Assembly (NCBI RefSeq): GCF_036321535.1
Contig: NC_087472.1
Span: 101,496,001-101,560,000, forward strand
Source: Camelus dromedarius
Taxonomy: Eukaryota
Length of the DNA: 64,000 nt
Direction: 5' to 3'
Under the pieces are notes generated by a model. That model did no database searches and was not told the origin of the DNA. It saw only the letters and a list, made by a program, of their open reading frames with translations. The position numbers were made by a program, and so were the translations under genes. Of the stretch, positions 61,290 through 64,000 are shown one piece after another (the first letter of the stretch is position 1; each line of letters begins with the position of its first letter).

Positions 61290-62600
61290 ATAATTCTGAG
61301 TGTTCTTTGTAGCTCAGTATGCACTGTGTTTTGTGAACCCTCTATGGATTCTGATAAACAGTGAATTCTCCTTTTGAATCTAATGTCTATCAATAATGCC
61401 TTTTAAATTATATCAGTGTCTGCCCTTTTATTTTGCTTCCTTGTGTCAAAAGCTGAAAGATACAATAACGATTTTTTTTCTATTGCAATTATATTAAATT
61501 ATGCATGTGGTCTATCTGGTTTTGCTTTCTACTTTTGATTCTATGTAATTGGTTTTATACAGTTCATGATCTGTCTTCCCTGTACTTGAAGCTCTGACCA
61601 ATGTAAGGACTCCTGATGCGTTGACTGCTATTTGCCTATAATTCTACCTTTCATGTATCAGTATTACGATTGTGGCCTACTTTTTGTTTATTTGCAGATC
61701 AGTTTCTGTCCAGCCCTTTATTTATAATGTCGAAAGTGAACGATAAGGTAGGTACAAGCATACAAGACCTATCCTTGAATCTTCTTAATATGGGCATTTA
61801 ATCTATTTATACCTAATATTAAATTAAGTTGGTCTCCTGACACATGCTATGCTTTTTTATTAAGGTTTTGTTGTTTCTCCCTCCCACTAAGTGGCAATGT
61901 GTTATTTCCTTTGATCTTCCTTGTAATTAAACAGTTATTATAAAAGCAATACACTGCAGACAAATCAGAAGGTAAAGAAGCAGAATGAAATGAAATATAC
62001 TCAGAACCCTACCTACCTGTAGACTCCCACAGTAAACATGTTTGTATGTATCTTCCAAAACATCTTCTAGATACGTAAGCACATCTATGTACAAGCACAC
62101 AATAGAACCCTCTAGAGAAGTCATGCTACATCTGCTTCTGTGACCTACTTAGATCAACAAATCATCAGTGTCTTTCCATGGAAATAAATCTCTTCTACTT
62201 AATTTTCAAAGTTTTCTTATTGTGGACCTAGTCAGGCTTTTTATATGTGTTTTCCAACGGCCCTCTGGATGTGTTGTACTAAACTTACTTCTCATCAGCA
62301 TGAATATTTCATATTTTTTCAACTTTGCTAATTTGATAAAAAGTGAAGAATAACATGCATCCTGTTTTAATTTGAACTTGTTTGATTAGTAGTCAGGTTG
62401 AACATTTTCATGTTTTCTTAACATTTTTATTTAAGGATTCAATCTGTGACAAAGGTGTTTTTTTACTATTTGGGGAAAGATGTCTTGTTCAGTAAATGGC
62501 ATGCAGTTGATTTACCATAGGGGAAAAGGTTTCTGATAAAATGATCACCAGATGTATTTATGACGTGTTAAAAAGAAACCCAGAAACGCACTAAAAGAAA
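61290..62600. mobile_element. Cluster of highly decayed L1M fragments
   Basis: AT-rich; ggcatttaatctatttata, ttttcaactttgctaatttgata...aggttgaacattttcatg, gacaaaggtg...tggggaaagatgtcttgttcagtaaatgg. Confidence 0.55.
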
Positions 62601-62989
62601 TGTAGGTGGGTCTCTGCAGACTCTTACCCCATCCGCAGGGTGCTTGGCCTCAGCGCACATCTCCCTTCCGCCCTGTGGCTCATGGTCCTCTGATCCTGGC
62701 TGAAAGGACACCCTCTCAGACTCGGGAGAAAGGTGTATCTCGTGTATCTCTCATGGCTGCTTCACCTTGGCTGCATCTTGTACACTAATAAATTACCCAA
62801 GTATCTGTATTTTTTTTAACACCGTCTTCCCAGACAGACAGTTTCAGGTCAGGGATCTCACCAATTTTGTTTACTCTTAGATGCCGAGCTGCCTGCCAAT
62901 CATTTAGTACCTTTCTTTAGGGTACTTTCTCCTACCTCCACTTTTTAAAATACATGTACAAAAAAAACACCATTCCCAGCACGTGCTCC

Positions 62990-63420
62990 TGGCCAGGCCC
63001 TTGTGTGCGTCGGCTTCCACCGACAGCGCTGCGCCTGCGCGGTCTGGGTGCACCAGCCGCCCGCCCACCGCCGAGAGCTGCATGCCTTTCCGCTGTCTAG
63101 GCTCCAGCGCTTGGCTGGGGGTCTGGGCACTGCTGGAACTGATGTCACCGAAGGAAAAAGCAGGAAGTGGAGCTTGGGCCAAGCCACGAATGACCACACT
63201 TCACGGGGGGAGAGGGTATATTGGCAAAAACCAACCGTGAGAGGCTTTTTCAGGCATATGTAAGAGAGACTTGCTTGTATTTCTAAGTCCTCCGACGCCG
63301 ATCCAGGGAACAGGGCGGCTCTCGGGTAGGGAGGATGTGCCAACCAGGGCCCGCCTTCGGAGTGCGTGGCAGACAGCTTGGTTCCTCTCCCTTGCAACGT
63401 GACGTTTCCCCTGTTTTGTC
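62990..63420. promoter_or_regulatory. Small CpG-rich patch with NRF1-like, GC-box and ETS motifs (candidate regulatory element)
   Basis: Dense CpGs; GCGCCTGCGC at 63031-63040, CCGCCCGCCC at 63057-63066, CAGGAAGTG at 63161-63169. Confidence 0.4.
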
Positions 63421-64000
63421 CAGCAACTTGATGAAACTGAATCTTGAAAAGGTTCTTGAAAAAAAAAAAAAAAAACCTCTGAAAGACAAAGGGATTTATT
63501 TCCTTTCCCCCTTTTTCCCACCTGTATCTTAAGGCTTTCCCCTCAGTACCCCCTAGCAGCCCTAAGGCCAGAGAAGGTAGTCCCGCAACACCTGAGTTGC
63601 GTCTAGTACAGCAGGGAGACTCGGCCAGCTGGGCCGCGTGTGCGCTCCCTGCTCAGAGCTGCTTCTGAGGTGCTCTTTCATCAAGCCGCTGGGCAACACG
63701 GGAAACGCGGGGAAGCCTCAGCCTCGGAGGTCTTATAAACATAAGCAGGTCCCAGCAGCGCTCTGTGGAATCAGCCCTAAAAACTTAAACATACTTCATT
63801 TATTCAGCCAACTGTGAGTACAGTCCCTTATGTATGTGGAAAAAGCAGCGCTTTTCCTCCCATAGTCGAGGTTCCTAGTCGTGATGTTTAATTTTTAATT
63901 TCTAATAATATGACAGAAGGGCATGGCTTTTTCATGCTTACAGAGGGAGTCTGTATGGTCAGGCCACCCAAGATGGCTGTTCTCTTGCTCTGGGTACATC

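Overview
This is mammalian genomic DNA, probably camelid: one young tRNA-Ala-derived Vic-1-type SINE with a perfect 16-bp target-site duplication is present, and I recognised no Alu, B1/B2, Bov-tA or CAN SINE. The only credible protein-coding sequence is the single coding exon of RAI2 (retinoic acid induced 2, X-linked in other mammals) on the + strand. Its splice acceptor is at 44670/44671, ATG at 44695, TGA at 46291-46293 (532 aa), with two AATAAA signals at 46614 and 46640. Positions 1-44670 are most likely the long 5' intron of RAI2 (non-coding first exon not identified here), and about 46.7-64 kb is 3' flank. Both are filled with ancient eutherian repeats (MIR, L2, old L1M 3' ends, MER3/MER5/MER20/MER81-like/MER113-like hAT elements, MLT1 and LTR16 LTRs) and simple repeats. 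All other ORFs in the track look like noise. I see no evidence of a new multi-gene system. The best leads are a C-terminal PIP-box-like motif in RAI2, a nuclear-receptor half-site array plus a duplicated RORE-containing 43-mer in the intron, a candidate enhancer at 13.7-13.9 kb, a candidate upstream exon carrying a uORF, and a templated-insertion-like scar. Repeat family names and boundaries were assigned by eye from remembered consensus sequences and are approximate.
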